A stretch of DNA of 64,000 bases from Podarcis cretensis (taxonomy: Eukaryota). Positions 26,333 to 39,688 of the stretch are shown here, one piece after another. The stretch's first letter is position 1. Every line of letters starts with the position of its first letter. The notes beneath the pieces are model-generated. The model did not search any database. It saw only the letters and a list, made by a program, of their open reading frames with translations, and was not told the DNA's origin. The position numbers were made by a program, and so were the translations under genes. The DNA lies in contig OX638154.1 of the NCBI GenBank assembly GCA_951804945.1, positions 49,538,001 through 49,602,000 on the forward strand, in the 5' to 3' direction.

Positions 26333-27533
26333 GGTTCTTCCACAATTTGCTCTTCTATTCTTAATTTATGATCACATTTTGTTTTTTGTTTTTTCGTAAT
26401 TGCCACGCAAGTAATTTTCCGGTTTTGTTTGCTGATTCAAAGAATTTTTGCTTCCATATCTTGATTCTCCATTCCACTTCTTGGCCTATTAAAATTGAGT
26501 ATTGTGTTTGTAATATTCTGTAAGTTTGTTTCACCTGCTCCTCAGTTGGATTTATTGCTAATTTTCTTTCACAATCTCTTAATTGATTATTTCTTCTTTT
26601 TTTTGCTCTCTTAACTTTTTCCTATAGCTGTTCTGATTAATTAAAAATCCTCTTAGCACTGCCTTACTGGCATCCCAAACTATCTCTATATTAGTCTCTT
26701 TATTTAAGTTCATCTCAAAATATTCTTTTAACATTCTTTTGGCCTTCTCAATTATTTCCTCATTTTCAAAAAGATAATCGTTCATTCTCCATCTATATGA
26801 TCCTCGTAGTCTGCTTTTTATCTCCAACGTTACTGAGCTGTGATCTGAAAGAGTTCTGGGTTGGATTTCACATTTAACTGCTCTTAGTGTTAATTCTCTT
26901 GAGACCCATATTTGATCCAACCTAGCCCAAATTTGGTGTGGTTCTGACAGATGTGTATATTGTTTCGTTATTGGATTTTTATGTCTCCAGATATCTATCA
27001 GATCTAGATTTTCCACCAGATTATTAAATGTTCTTGGTAACTTCCCTTGCTTGAGTTTTCTTCTTTTCACACTTCTATCTAATTCAGGTATTGGTACGGC
27101 ATTTAAATCACCAAGTAAAATCACCTTATGATCCTCCAGTTCTATTAACATTTGTTCCAATTTTTTAAAAAATTCTGCTTTATTCATGTTTGGTGCATAG
27201 AAATTTATAACATTAATCTTTTCTCCCTGATGATTGATTTGTACTCCTAAGATTTTTCCTTCATCGTTATTACATATTAATATTGGGTCCCATTTCTCCA
27301 CATATATCACAACCCCTCTTTTTTTATTAATGTCTGAATTAACAAATTCTACCCCCAACCTTTTATTTGCCAGTATATGTTTGTGTTTTTTTGCCACGTG
27401 TGTTCCTGAAAACAAATCACATCATAGTTTTTAATCTTTAACACCTTTTCAATTTTATTCCTTTTAGATTTTTCGTTCAAACCATTCACATTCCAGGACA
27501 CAACCTTTAACGACATTATATTGTTTGATTTTA

Positions 27534-28566
27534 ATTTATATTCTAGTTGACCTCTTCTCTGTTAGCTCTTCTTCTTCCTCCTCCTCTTCTTCTCCACCTA
27601 CTGCTCCTTCCTCTTCCTCTTCCTCTTCTTCCTCTTCTCTCCCTCTCTTTTGCTTCTCTGTATTTTTTACCTTCTTTTACTTTTTCCTTTCTATATATCT
27701 CCCTCCTCCTCCGTACCTTTCTTCCCCTTTTCCAAGCTCCTTCTCATATCTTCTCAAGAATTTTTCTGCTTCTTGTGTATCTGTCAATCTGAATCTTTTA
27801 TCTTAATTCCTTCAGGGAACTCCCATCTATATTGTATGTTATTTCTCTGTAAGACACTTACTATTTGTCGGTATCCTTGTCTTTTACGCAAAAGTCTAAT
27901 TGGTATTTCTTTGTATATAATAATTGATCTGTTTTCAATTATTATTATTTTTCGGTAACTTGTTCTTAGTATCATGTTTTTCATCTCAATTGAATTGAAA
28001 ATCATCAAACGATCGCCAGGAGATTTTTTTAGTTTGAGCTGTTGGGATTTCACCCTTATTCTAAATGCGCTTTCTACAGTACAGACTACTTCTTCCTCTT
28101 TTATTTCCAACCATTTTGCTAATTCTCTTATCATTTTTTCTTTTATGTTCTCGTTGGTTTCTTCTTCTACTCCTCTGAATTTTAAATTGAGTTGTTTCTG
28201 ACGCATTTCTGTCATAGCTAAACTATTCTCAATTTGTTCTTGTGATTTGTTCAATTCTCTTATTTCCTCCTTCATTTTTTCTGTCTCCCTTTTATGTTCC
28301 TTCATTTCTTTTTGAATTTTCTTATTTGATTCCTCTATTACTTTTGATCTGACTGATAAATCTTGTATTTTATTAGTGAGTTCTCCCACAGCTCCTTCAA
28401 TTTTTTTATCTATCTGTTCCTGCACCTCTCCCAATTTACTTTCCATATGTAATTCATTCTGTTTAAATTCCTCTTTGATCTTTAACCACAGAATGTCTAA
28501 GTCTTTAATTTCCTCCTGTCTCGAGGTCTTTCTATCTCCAGGTGTTCCTCCTACCTTTTTTTCCAT
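27534..28566 (-). pseudogene. L1 ORF1 (coiled-coil/RRM/CTD-type) with a frameshift near 27805 and an acidic E-rich tail
   Basis: 260-aa ORF with heptad-rich region, RQKQLNLKFRGVEE and IQYRWEFPEGI; continues in another frame (RFRLTDTQEAEKFL...EEEEE). Confidence 0.85.
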
Positions 28567-31222
28567 TTTTCCCTGACATTTTGTGGTTTTTACAATGGTC
28601 TATATTAAATTTTCTCTCCCCTGGTGGGGGCACACAATCTATTTCTATTATTTTTATTTTTCTATATCTTAACCACTCTCCTTTGGTTTACCTTATTACT
28701 CCCATGCAATTTGCTTTCCTTATTTTGTATTCTTACAATTTCCTTTATATCTCTTAATGTTCTATTTTCCTTTTTTTTCAAGCAGAATACTACCTTTCAC
28801 GTCAGGTTAATTCAATTATGTCTTAGAATACAATTAATTTATAACCAAATATCTCCAGTTACCACCAATTTCTAATACCAGATACCAATTAATATATATT
28901 TATAAGTCCTGTTAAATAAGGTGATGTTCCAGAATGAGTATACGATTATAAGTCCCGTAAATAAAATGAAGTCACAAAATAAAAAAAAGTATAATTTCAC
29001 TTGAAGACCTGATGTAGCTCAATCTTAGTAATTTTAAGTTTGTTTGGACCTCTAAATACCTTTCTTAAATTTATAATTTTCCTTGAATGTCCCCACCTCC
29101 AGGGATTTATTAGTAATCTAGAACCATAAATTTGTATTCTCCCACACCGTCCTTCCCGATATTAACAGCCACTAAGAATTTAGAAAATTCCCCCACAACT
29201 CAAATAATCCTATTAAAGTAGATTTCTGATATTTAGATAAATTTAGATAAATTCAAACAAAAGGGAAGTAGTTCCTTTTTTTAATTAATTGATTGATATC
29301 CAGTTCAAATTATTCCAATCTCTTTGTTTCTTTAATCTTCCGCCACTTGTCAGCTTAATCCATTACGAGCGAGGTGAGTTCTTTAATTTAGTCCATATCT
29401 TAATCTGAGGTCTGACGGCGTTGGTCTAATTGTAGCTTTAATCCACAATCCAATGCATTAATCTAAACCCAATCTGGAATCAAAATGTTCTGGTTTCAGG
29501 ACACAGTCTCAGTCTAGTTTCCTCCCCTTTTCCTGTCTATATTTTCAAGTTTCAATAAAGTATTGATGTTCAGTTCAAAATGATTTGTATATCAGATTAT
29601 AGTCAACTGAGGTATAAAAACCCCTGTTCTTAGCACTTAAAGTAACTTATGAATTTTCCCCAAATTAATCCAATAATGTCCTTCACTTCGAATTATTTCT
29701 GATGATTTCTGACTCCAACATTTAATTGTCAGTTTCTCAAAAAAGATAAGTACCAAGAAAAGAGATGCAGGTAAAAGTGGATTAGCTTAAGTCCGATATT
29801 CCTACAGTAGAGAAGGTGGCAAAAGTCACTACAGTCCGCTATAACTTTTTTCCTTTATGCAGTTCATTTAAAAGAAAGAAGTTGTTCCTACAGATCTTCC
29901 CTACTAAGATTTTTCTGTCTTTAATGCCTCTTCCACAGTTTCCCGTTTTTTTTATGAAGTCAAGCTTCTGTTAATTGTCTCAGTCCGCTCTTTTAGTCAG
30001 CACTGTGATTATAACGTTTCTAATTTTCCATCTTTCTCTCTCCCAAGAAGGGAGCAACAAAGCTTCTCAATAGTCTTTTATCTGCAGCTTTATTTTAAGA
30101 GTTCAAAAGTCTGTTTGCCTCGACAAATATTGCCGTGGTCTTTTGTTTTATACTCACGCAGTCAGGCAGGCAGCTACTTCCTTCTTCATCCCTGCGACTT
30201 TGTATGGTGCGCCATTTTAACTCCTCTGCCGAGATGGATTCCTAACTTTAATCCTTCAACATCCAGCGTTCACTTAGTGCGTTCTTCCAAATTTTTGCTT
30301 TAAGATGCTTCTCTCACACGAAGGGTCCGTTCTTAGGTTTTTTGGAGATTCGCCGCTTTCTTTATCGAGAGCCAGAGGCATCGCAATACAGGGTCGGTGC
30401 TTTCCTCTTGCGCTCGCGGTCCCATCGTCTTCAAGCTCTTCAAAGAAAAAACCCCGAAAAAACGGCTGGGCCGCTTCCGCGCTGCCGGTTAGCCATCCCT
30501 CAAGGGGATTTTTTGGGGGGTGCAGTGCCTTTGCAGCCCCCCCAAGCCCCTGTATTGTCCGAAAAGCCTCATCGAGGCTTTCCGCGCTCCCTTTCTTTCC
30601 GTGGCGGAAACCGGAAGTCCAAGTTAAACACCATGTGAGTGAGCCAGCAGAGATACATCAACAGTTAATTATCAACCTGTTTAGGTACCCAGAGAGCTCT
30701 TCTTAGCTTTGGTGGAATTTTCCATTCCCCTTTAGCAATACACATTCAGACTCATTTTCCATTTCAAGGTACAATTAAGCAATTATACTTAACAGTACTG
30801 GGCCCAGAAAATCTGATTAAGATGTATGCACTGAATGACTGGGTCTCAGGCTACTAAGAATTAATACATCATTGGTTTTTAGTAGCCTATTATACAAGTT
30901 AAACAAATTAAATGTGATCATTTGTTGACTAATGTCCATGGAAGGTAGAGTTTTGGGAAAAAATAGCTGTGCAAGGAATTTTTTTAGGTATGTTGATCTC
31001 TACTGTACACACAGAAAAGGTCAGTTTTGCAGACCTGAATTCACCCTTTCTTTCTACAGCAGCTCTAAAAAAAATTTAGAAAGTGAGCAGGTACTACATT
31101 GCTGTAGCAGGTTGAATTTCAACAGACAAAATTGTTGCTACTCATAGAGACTGTGAGATCACCCTCCCCCAAGGGAAGCAGTGGGGTCTCTTATTTTAAG
31201 TGACTTACAATTGCTACTTAGC

Positions 31223-31673
31223 TGTCAGGGAACTGTCATCAGCTGAGAGGCAAGAGGTGGAAGGGCAGTTGTGTTATAGGGAACCTCCGAAAGTCTTGCG
31301 AAGCAGTTCCTCCTCTGGAGAGGAGGAAAGCCCCTCCTCCAGTGGAGAGGAGGTGTTGGGACCAGGGGATGCTAGGGAGAGCCTCAACACTGACCCTGAG
31401 CAAGCCGGAGAGGAGGGAAGTACCCCTTTGCCAGCGCCCACTCTGTGCAGTAGGTTTCGGTGCAGGGAGGGGAAGAGAAGGTTGGGGGTCACGTGACTGT
31501 TATGCTGGGGGAGGTACAAGGACTGACCACTCCCAGATTCTGCTTGCGACTGAGCCGGAAATGAACTTGTGACGCTCTTCACTGTAAATAGTTTTGCACT
31601 AAGAATAAAGCCTGGAAAAGACAGGTTGGAGTCTTGCCTGTTTGCTCTCGAGCAACCACACCACCATCTGACG
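31223..31673 (+). mobile_element. Solo LTR (451 bp), related to the LTR at 25899-26332
   Basis: TGTCAGGGAACTG...CTGACG; 5-bp TSD TTAGC (31218-31222, 31674-31678); AATAAA near 31604. Confidence 0.82.
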
Positions 31674-33125
31674 TTAGCTAAATAAAATGACCCAAAGGGG
31701 TTGGAATTGGGAGGCAAATATGTCCCCTCCCTCCATTTTTCTGCAATGTTGATTTTGTGCTTGCATCATATAAACAAAAATTCTGCAAGCAACTTGTACT
31801 TCTGTAGGGTATGGCAAAAGGGGGAGTTGTAATATGTTATTGTGCTGCTCATTGCAACCTCTCAAACCAGAGTCGTGTCTGAAGACTAGGAGATAAGCTT
31901 TAATTTCTTCAGTACAATAGCTTCAAGTATATAGTTAATACTTCAAGTTAATACCAAATAAATAGAAAAAAGATTCAAGAAATTATTTCCTACATTACTC
32001 TTATATCAGAGGGCACACATGCAAAGAATAGGAAAAGGAGGAGCATCTTGCCAACTCTTTCACAAAGATTTTGAGTTTTGCTGGATGCTTTGTGAAATAA
32101 TCTTTTTAAAGCCTTTCTCCCCACCCCCCACCCCTTCTTTTTTTGGCTGAGATTATTTTTAACTGAACATTTGTATGCAGCCTCTTGCTTTCCTTTATTC
32201 CTCTGCAGTTACAGATTTCCGTTATGGAATGCACATTATTTAATGGAGCTTGGAAACCGAAGTTTGAGTATAGATTACTCAGGTTGTTATTATTATATAA
32301 CATCCTTTATATAAAGACGTTTCCATTAAAAAAAAACCAATATACTCTAACGGCATTATTAGGAATGTGTCCTTTTACTTGCAAACAGTAAAAATGAGTC
32401 TGTTTTATTTTTGACACCATCAATCGTCAGTACAGTAAATAACTTATTGCACCAGCCTTCTAGAGAAATAACCTATACTATAGTGATCGTGTTTTGTTCT
32501 CTCTATTCCTTTTCCTTTCTTTTTTGAGCAATTATTCCTGCCTATAACTGTGTGCAAAAAGGCCTGCCTCTGAAAATTTGGTTTTCCCCTTTTACCAGTG
32601 GTGGGTGGAGCATGAAATGTAAATTTTTCCTTTGGACAGCAGGCTCATTTCTACACCCCCCCTCCCCCCCCCCACTCCATGCTCCATCCAGGTAAACTGG
32701 GGGGAATTATCAGAGTTCAAGGTCACTTTCCGGCCAGGTGAAAAAACTCAAGGAGGATGCAAAGCAGGGCTGGTGAGGTGTGTGGCTCATGAAAGTTTGT
32801 GACCTTGAGAGAATCCTGAGGACCAGATAGAAAAGCCGTGAAGTTCCCTACCCTTGCCCTATTGGATCAGCAAAAAGCTCACAGGATCTCACCTTGTGCT
32901 GGGAGAATGCCAGTAGGCTACATCATCACCAATGATATTATTACTAAACTTTGTGTAAACTTTGTGTAAACTACAGTTTTATATAAAATATCACAAAGTG
33001 GCATACAGACAAAAAAAAACACAGTATCGCAATAGAACTGTCAAACACATCAGTGAGATGTTGTTGGCCAAGAATCTCAGGTTTGAAAGGCCTGTCTGAA
33101 AAAATACAGTTGTTAGAGTAATCTA

Positions 33126-33890
33126 TTTTTTTTAAAAAAAAGTTTTTATTTGATTTTACAAATATAAAATTATAACAATCCAATTGCATATACATATACA
33201 GAGATTGAATCTCGCGACTTCCCCCCACCCCCTCCATGGGTCCTATTATCAACATTTAAAGGTAAAGGTAAAGGTAAAGGACCCCGGACAGTTAAGTCCA
33301 GTCGCAAACGATTATGGGGTTGCGGCACTCATCTCGCTTTACTGGCTGAGGGAGCCAACGTTTGTCCGCAAACAGATTTTCTGGGTCATGTGGCCAGCAT
33401 GACTAAGCCGCTTCTGGTGAAACCACAGCAGTGCACAGAAACGCCATTTACCTTCCCGCAGAAGTGGTACCTATTTATCTACTTGCACTTTGACGTGCTT
33501 TCGAACTGCTAACTTGGCAGGAGCTGGGACCGAGCAATGGGAGCTCACCCCGTCGCAGGGATTTGAACCACCGACCTTCTGATCGGCAAGTCCTAGGCTC
33601 AATGGTTTAGACCACAGCACCACCCGCGCCCCTTATCAACATTTACAACTGCCTATTATTCCATACTCTATATTTTATGTCAATCCAAATTATCCATGGT
33701 ATCTGTTACATTACAAGTGAGATTAAAACCCTGCTGATGTTTCCATCTGCTACGTTATAAATTTTTCCCATTCTTTTAAAAAGTTTTTGTACTCTTGGTT
33801 CCTGAGTTTTCCAGTCAGCTTTGCCATTTCAGCATAGTCCACCAACTTTGCTTCCCATTCCTCTCTGGTAGGGACTTTGTCTTCCTGCCG
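33126..33890 (-). mobile_element. 5'-truncated L1 3' fragment, interrupted by a SINE
   Basis: T-rich tail, GACTTCCCCCCACCCC 3'UTR motif shared with the full L1, ORF2 C-terminus (YAEMAKLTG...FLKEW). Confidence 0.7.
33259..33632 (-). mobile_element. Sauria SINE nested in an L1 3' fragment
   Basis: (AAAGGT)n tail on +; TSD TTATCAACATTTA. Confidence 0.9.
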
Positions 33891-34486
33891 CCTGAGTTGT
33901 TACAGTCATCTAAAAACGAGCAGAGATGACTTGTGCTGAACCTCTATTGGCAAGAAGTTCTGCCACACTAAAAAGTTGACCCCTGGTAAAACAATTTTAA
34001 GTGAATCGCGGTGCTTGCTCACTGTGGACAACTGACTGTGCAATCTCTGCATGTATACTTGGAAGTATGTTTCTTTTAGTTCAGCTGGGCTCATAGGATT
34101 GCAGCTTTGGCCTCAAAGAAACTCACTTCCGTCAAGCTGTATCTTCATGCCAAATATCTCTATTAGGGAAAGGCAACTGCAAGAATCCCTTGGATATCTG
34201 TAGCGCCAATTCAGCTGGAGGCACTTGGCAGTAACTCTTGTGAATCCACTATGGGTTTTCCTTTTAGCTTTGATTTACTAGATAATTTAAGCGCTTTTGT
34301 CAGCTGACATCTAAAGTACCTGAGGTAACCTTATCTGTTCCTATTGCCTCTGTCTCCAGATAGTGAGGAGCAGGAGTGGGAGTGCCTCTTTTATCATTTG
34401 TGTTAGGAAGCAAAAGTGTGGATCAGCTTGATAGATTCTCTCATTCTGGCTCAAAGCAATTCTTAAATGTGATATGGATGTTTTAT

Positions 34487-34625
34487 AGCTCAGTGCTAGA
34501 ACATCTGCTTTGCATGCAGAAAGTCCCAGGATCAGTCCCTGGTGGGAGAGACTCCCTGCCTGAATCCTGGAGAGCAGCTGCCACTCAGTGTAGACAGATT
34601 GTGAGCTGGATGGACCAAAGCTATG
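34487..34625 (+). mobile_element. tRNA-derived SINE fragment (Squam3-like); other fragments near 43775, 44235 and 60520
   Basis: TAGCTCAGTG...TGCTTTGCATGCAGAA head followed by CTGGAGAGC...CTGCCA body. Confidence 0.6.
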
Positions 34626-37600
34626 CTCCTGTATTCAATGTCAAGTGTCCCCTGCTCTATAGGTAGGGTTGATTAGCTGGTGAGCATTGTATTTTTTCTT
34701 CTCCTCTCTTTGTGCTTTTAAAATAGTTTTAAGTTGTTTTTTTAATTCAGTGCTGTTTTTAATACAGTAACTTATTTAATTTTGTTGGGTTTTTAAAAAA
34801 ATGTATATAAACGATTGGTGTGAGGTTGTTGTTTTTTAGCTGTATCTGTTTTTAATTCGTGTTGTGAGCCACTTTGGGTCCTGCACCAGTATAAATAACG
34901 TCTCCAGCTTATTAGTTTGTTCTTGTATTTCTGCCTGGCATATTAAATACTAATTTTCCTACTCTCTAATAACATTTATCTTCCAAATTTCCCCATCTTT
35001 CCAAATCAGAGAGTTACTATTTTCTGTTTGTTCTGGAGCTGCAAATCTGCAAGTAAGGGGTTCTGGAGTTCAAATACTACATCAATGCCATTCAGGTGAT
35101 ACCACTCAATGCCCCAACTGTATTATTATTTTTAAAGAAACTATGTAGTGCCTTCTGTTATTGCTGTCACTTGCAGTATATACAATTTGCCTCATGTAGC
35201 TGGCAGAATAAACAAGTGACCGTGATTAGAGAGAGTTAGAGTGATTAGAGAGAGCTGCAATTATTAGTTTAAACAAACAAAAAAACAAACAAATTTGAAG
35301 GAATGGTTTCACTTTAATTGAAGTGGAATTTACAGTGATGATGGCATGATAAGGGGCTTATATGAACAACAGGCTGCCCTAAGTCTGCTTTCCCTTTCAC
35401 TCCCATTACAGGAGAAATTTATTGTGGTTGGCTGCCAAATAAAAATTTTAAAAATTGCCCTGGCAAGCATAACCAGAAATACTGTTTACTGTGTGTATGA
35501 TATAGTTACAACAAGAGACACAACAATGGCATGCATACTGTTCATGCAGTTTTGGGGGATTAGAACATTTTAGTTCTTTAGAAATGCTCCCCTCCCTTCC
35601 CTTCTCCAAGGACTCTTTTACTTTTTCTGTTAAAGTGTGTACATTCCACCTCTCCAACACATATTTCATGTTTATTTTCAAGAAGCAAATTCCCCTGCGT
35701 TGTTGCTCCTCTCACCCCCAAAGCAAATTTTGTGGGACACTGCAATGACATATGCTCCAACTTTTTCTGTCCTAAATCTGGGACACACCTGCCTGTTAAA
35801 GCAGCTGTGCAAAATAGGAAATTTAATTGAAAGGATTATATCCTCAAGAGTGGGATATAAATAATTGTAATTTTAAAAAGACATACAGACGACTTATATC
35901 ATGGTTGTAATATAATCATGATATGATATCCCCTTGTATCATCAGAGGCACTCACACTTGGCACCAAGAAAGCTCATCAGGGTCGTATAGATTTATTTGC
36001 AAAGCTCGTAATACACGCTTCTGTTCTGAATCCTATGTTGCATTGCAGGGGGCTGGACTTAATGACCATCAGGGTCCCTTCCAACTCTATGATTCTAACT
36101 TATGAAACTCTTTATCACAAAAACAGCTTTTTTAAAAAAAATCAGGCAAATTTGAAGAGAATAGGTCTAGTATCAGTAGCTATAGCCATAGCAGTTAAAT
36201 CAAGCCTCACATTCTGCTTGTGAGCTTCAATGGGGCATCTTGCCAGCCACTGATGGAAATAATATGATGGACTAGATAGACCTTGATTTCATCCACCAAG
36301 GTAATAGTTAAACCAGGCATCCCCCAACCCCATATGTTTTAGACTCCAATTCCCATCAGCCCAGTTAACATGGCCAGTGGTCATGGATAATGGGAACTGT
36401 AGTCCAGCAACATCAGGAGGGCATTGGGTTGGGGGTGGCTGATTGATGCTCCTAAGCTGAAGGCCAATGCAACAGGCCAAATCTAAATAAAAATCTGATT
36501 TGTTTCGGCAATTGTTTAAAAGATGTGACTGAATTGCGCAACAGCTTGGGAACTAATTGAGGAAGGATAGCTGAGAGGATGTTATAAATAACAATAAGTA
36601 AATAAATCAAATAGACATGGTCTTTCTCTCCTAGGTGGTTTGTGTTTTCTTAGCTCATGTTCCTGTCACTTTTTTGGCAAAAGGAGCTCAATTCTCCACA
36701 TCGCGCCCCCTTGCTATGTTCTGACACATCTTGTGAAGAGAGCTCTTCCACTTCCCTTCTGGTTACCCTGAGTGTGTCTCTAATGCTGGGCTGGTTTCTG
36801 TGATGGGTGACAGTGCCTATCAGTTTTGCCACTCAGGTGAGCACCATTCCAGTGGGGAAGAGAGATGTGTGCCACCTTTGGAATAAGTTCTTCATTTTAT
36901 TTTACTTCGTAGCCTTTTTGTTTCTGAGTTGCACTTGGCGTCAGTGAGAGTGATGATCTGAACCTCTCTCTTCACATGGAGAATTTGGCCCCATGAGCAG
37001 ATGGCAGAGTCCATGTGGAACTGAAAACAAACCACTCCAGTGACACACTCACACACTCATCCCTTAGCTTCGATGTCTGGGTTTCCTCCCTCCCGTTATC
37101 TAACATTTTTTGCACTCCGCATGTGTTAAGTGTTCAGCGGCTCCACTTTAATATTATCCATTGTGACAGTTCTAGGCCGGTTTTCTAAAATGATTGACCT
37201 GACTGAGACACAACTGGATCCCCTCACAGAGCTTTTCTTTTCCCCTCAGCAGGAAAAGATGGGGGAACATGAGGAGGGAGAGAAACTCAGGCAGAATCTG
37301 TGTAAATCATTAATGCCTTTTGTTCTGGATGGATTCTTGAGATCTTATAAGAATACAGTCACATATACAGTCAGGGAGGAGGGAATAAGAAGGGAGAGAG
37401 AGCTGCATTTCAAAATGAGAGCTTTCCAATGACTGAGGTAAAAATCATTTTACTGCCTGGGAAAGGGAACCTATCCGTTTATCATAATGAGGATCGGAAA
37501 AGAAGAGCCTTTTGAGATGCTGGCAAAAGGGAACTGAAATAGCACAATTTGAAGTGCTGCATTGGGAACAAAGCAAAGTGAGAGTAAGGCTTCTGTCAAA

Positions 37601-39002
37601 GCACTGGAAGAACTAGTGACGGCTCTTTCCTGAGGGCAAATGGGGTGCTGCCCCACCAAACTCCGTCTGCTCTCATCTCTCCCCCACAGGTCTGTCTTCT
37701 TACTTTCAATCAATCCAAGGGGTTACACTGCCTGTCAGATTCTGTAGCACCCTGCTTGTGGTTAACACTTAGCTGGAATGAAATATTCAACGCAGCAATA
37801 GAGAAATTAAAATAGTAATTTATTTGTCAGACAAATAAATATGAGGCACAGTGGTATATGGTTACCAAGCTCTGGCCTGGCCTCTTGCCATTCTGGCCAG
37901 CACTTATATTTCCTTAATCCAGCCCCCTTGCTCCTCCTGTGGCTGCCTCTGTCCAATCAGCCTGGTTAAAATTCCTATTGGCTGTTTGCTAGAACCAATC
38001 ACAAAAGATACACCCATTTCCTTCTTGCCCTTTTATGGAAATCAAAAAGCTATATATTCTTCTATCTATAAATGACAAATAAGTAGTAATATATCTTACA
38101 TGTGTCTCAACAAGGAATCTTAATTACCAGCTCACCTCTTGCCCTCCTTGCCCTATTGCCTTCCAAAACAGATAATTAATCTTGAATTTTTATCTTATGC
38201 ATATGTCAAGGATTGAGTTCACATCAACATTGAGAGATCTCCTTCATTTGAAGGTTTCTAAACAAAAGGCCTGACAACCATATATCAGGAGTGCTCGATT
38301 GGCGTCTCCTGTCTGACAGGAGGCCGGTGGCTGATGGCCCCTGTGATCTCTTCCAACTATATGAAATAAGAATCTAGCATTTCTTAAATCCTTTGCATAA
38401 TTATATTTAAACTAATATATTTAATACATAAACAACCTTTTAAAAGGAAAAGAAATCTTAAAAGGATCTTAGTTTAAGAAAGAAACAGCTTTAGAAAAGA
38501 CTTCCCAGAAAATGTTCTCTTTCTGCCAGCTAGATGCTTTTTCACTGCTCTTGACCTTCTTAACCTTAGGAAGAAGATATGGCTCATTTTACTATTTATC
38601 AACCCTTAATTTGTAGGGTCAGTGTAACCTTGGCTGTCAGCCTGTAATTCCCTTTTTACGACTTTGAGAATTGTTTTCTGCTATAAATCAGGGGGGCCCT
38701 TGTCTAGGAGTAAAAACATCTTGCCAAGGTTTTTAGGCAACTGGTCTTCTGCCTGGCATAAAATATTTGAAAATCATTAAGCTTTTTAAGATACAGGCCC
38801 TGATCAAACATATAAGCTTTAATAAAAATGCAAGCTTATGATTAGATGCCTCAATTCCTCCTTTGTTTCAGGCTGTGTACATGCTGTACCTTTAAAGCAC
38901 ATTCGAAGCACGTTCTTTCCCTCAAAGCATGCTGTAGTTTGTTAAGGGTTGCTGGGAATTATAACTCTGTGAGGGGCAAACTACAGTCCCCAGAATTCTT
39001 TG

Positions 39003-39278
39003 AGGTCCAGCTCCTAGCGCCTTCTGGCAGTTCCCTCATTGCGAGAAGTGAGCTTACAAGGAACCAGGCAGAGGGCCTTCTCGGTAGTGGCGCCTGCCCT
39101 GTGGAATGCCCTCCCACCAGATGTCAAGCAAATAAACAACTATCCTATTTTTAGAAGACATCTGAAGGCAGCCCTGTTTAGGGAAGTTTTTAATGTTTGA
39201 AGTTTTATTCTGTTTTTAAGGTTCTGTTGAAAGCTGCCCAGAGTGGCTGGCAAAACCCAGTCAGATGGACAGGGTAGA

Positions 39279-39361
<83 letters not shown>

Positions 39362-39362
39362 T
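39003..39362 (+). mobile_element. L2-like LINE 3' end with (TAA)n/(TTA)n tail, inserted in a MITE
   Basis: GCAGAGGGCCTTCTCGGTAGTGGCGCC...TGGAATGCCCTCCC; MITE halves flank it. Confidence 0.75.
39279..39362. repeat. (AAT)n followed by (TTA)n: self-complementary AT microsatellite
   Basis: directly visible. Confidence 0.95.
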
Positions 39363-39688
39363 GGGGGGAAATGTACCTTGAATATGCTTTAGAGGTCTAG
39401 TATTTACATAACTTCATTGCCACCCTTGCAGAACTCAGTAGAGAGGATGGAGATAAAATTATATGGCTGTATCACTGCTGTGGTTATGTGCCTACTGTTT
39501 GTCTCCCTGCCTTCTGCCTTACCAGTTCCAATGGGAACCAGCACAAAATGCAGGGAGTGTTCCTTCTCTCCCCCTGCACCTTTCACCAACACAGGCCCTC
39601 CAAGTGTCCCAGTTTTCCAGGGACGTCCTTGACTTAGAGAAGCCATCCTGGTTTCTGATTTGACCCTGATTTGTACTGCTTTTCCTTA

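Larger units (their letters stand above)
20968..27516 (-). pseudogene. L1 ORF2 (APE endonuclease + reverse transcriptase + C-terminal Cys motif), disrupted
   Basis: MSLKVVSWNVNGL at 27516; GDLN, LSDHS, KAPGPDG, YRPISLLN, DAEKAFD, RQGCPLSP, YADD, KYLGI, CWRC...HMWWTC; stop at 20968 once the MITE is removed; frameshifts and 3 insertions. Confidence 0.93.
20743..30620 (-). mobile_element. Full-length L1 (LINE-1) retrotransposon, antisense in a CPNE5 intron, degenerate, with three nested insertions
   Basis: 5' end GGACTTCCGG, CpG-rich 5' region, ~2 kb 5'UTR, ORF1, ORF2, 3'UTR with AATAAA; TSD AAGTTAAACACC(G/A)TGTG(T/A)GTGA at 20721-20742 and 30621-30642. Confidence 0.93.

Noticed and set aside
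26002-26406. 134-aa ORF as a stand-alone gene
   Set aside because: It is a chimera of a few L1 ORF2 codons and the nested LTR frame with a non-ATG start; only the LTR-internal frame is kept as a finding.
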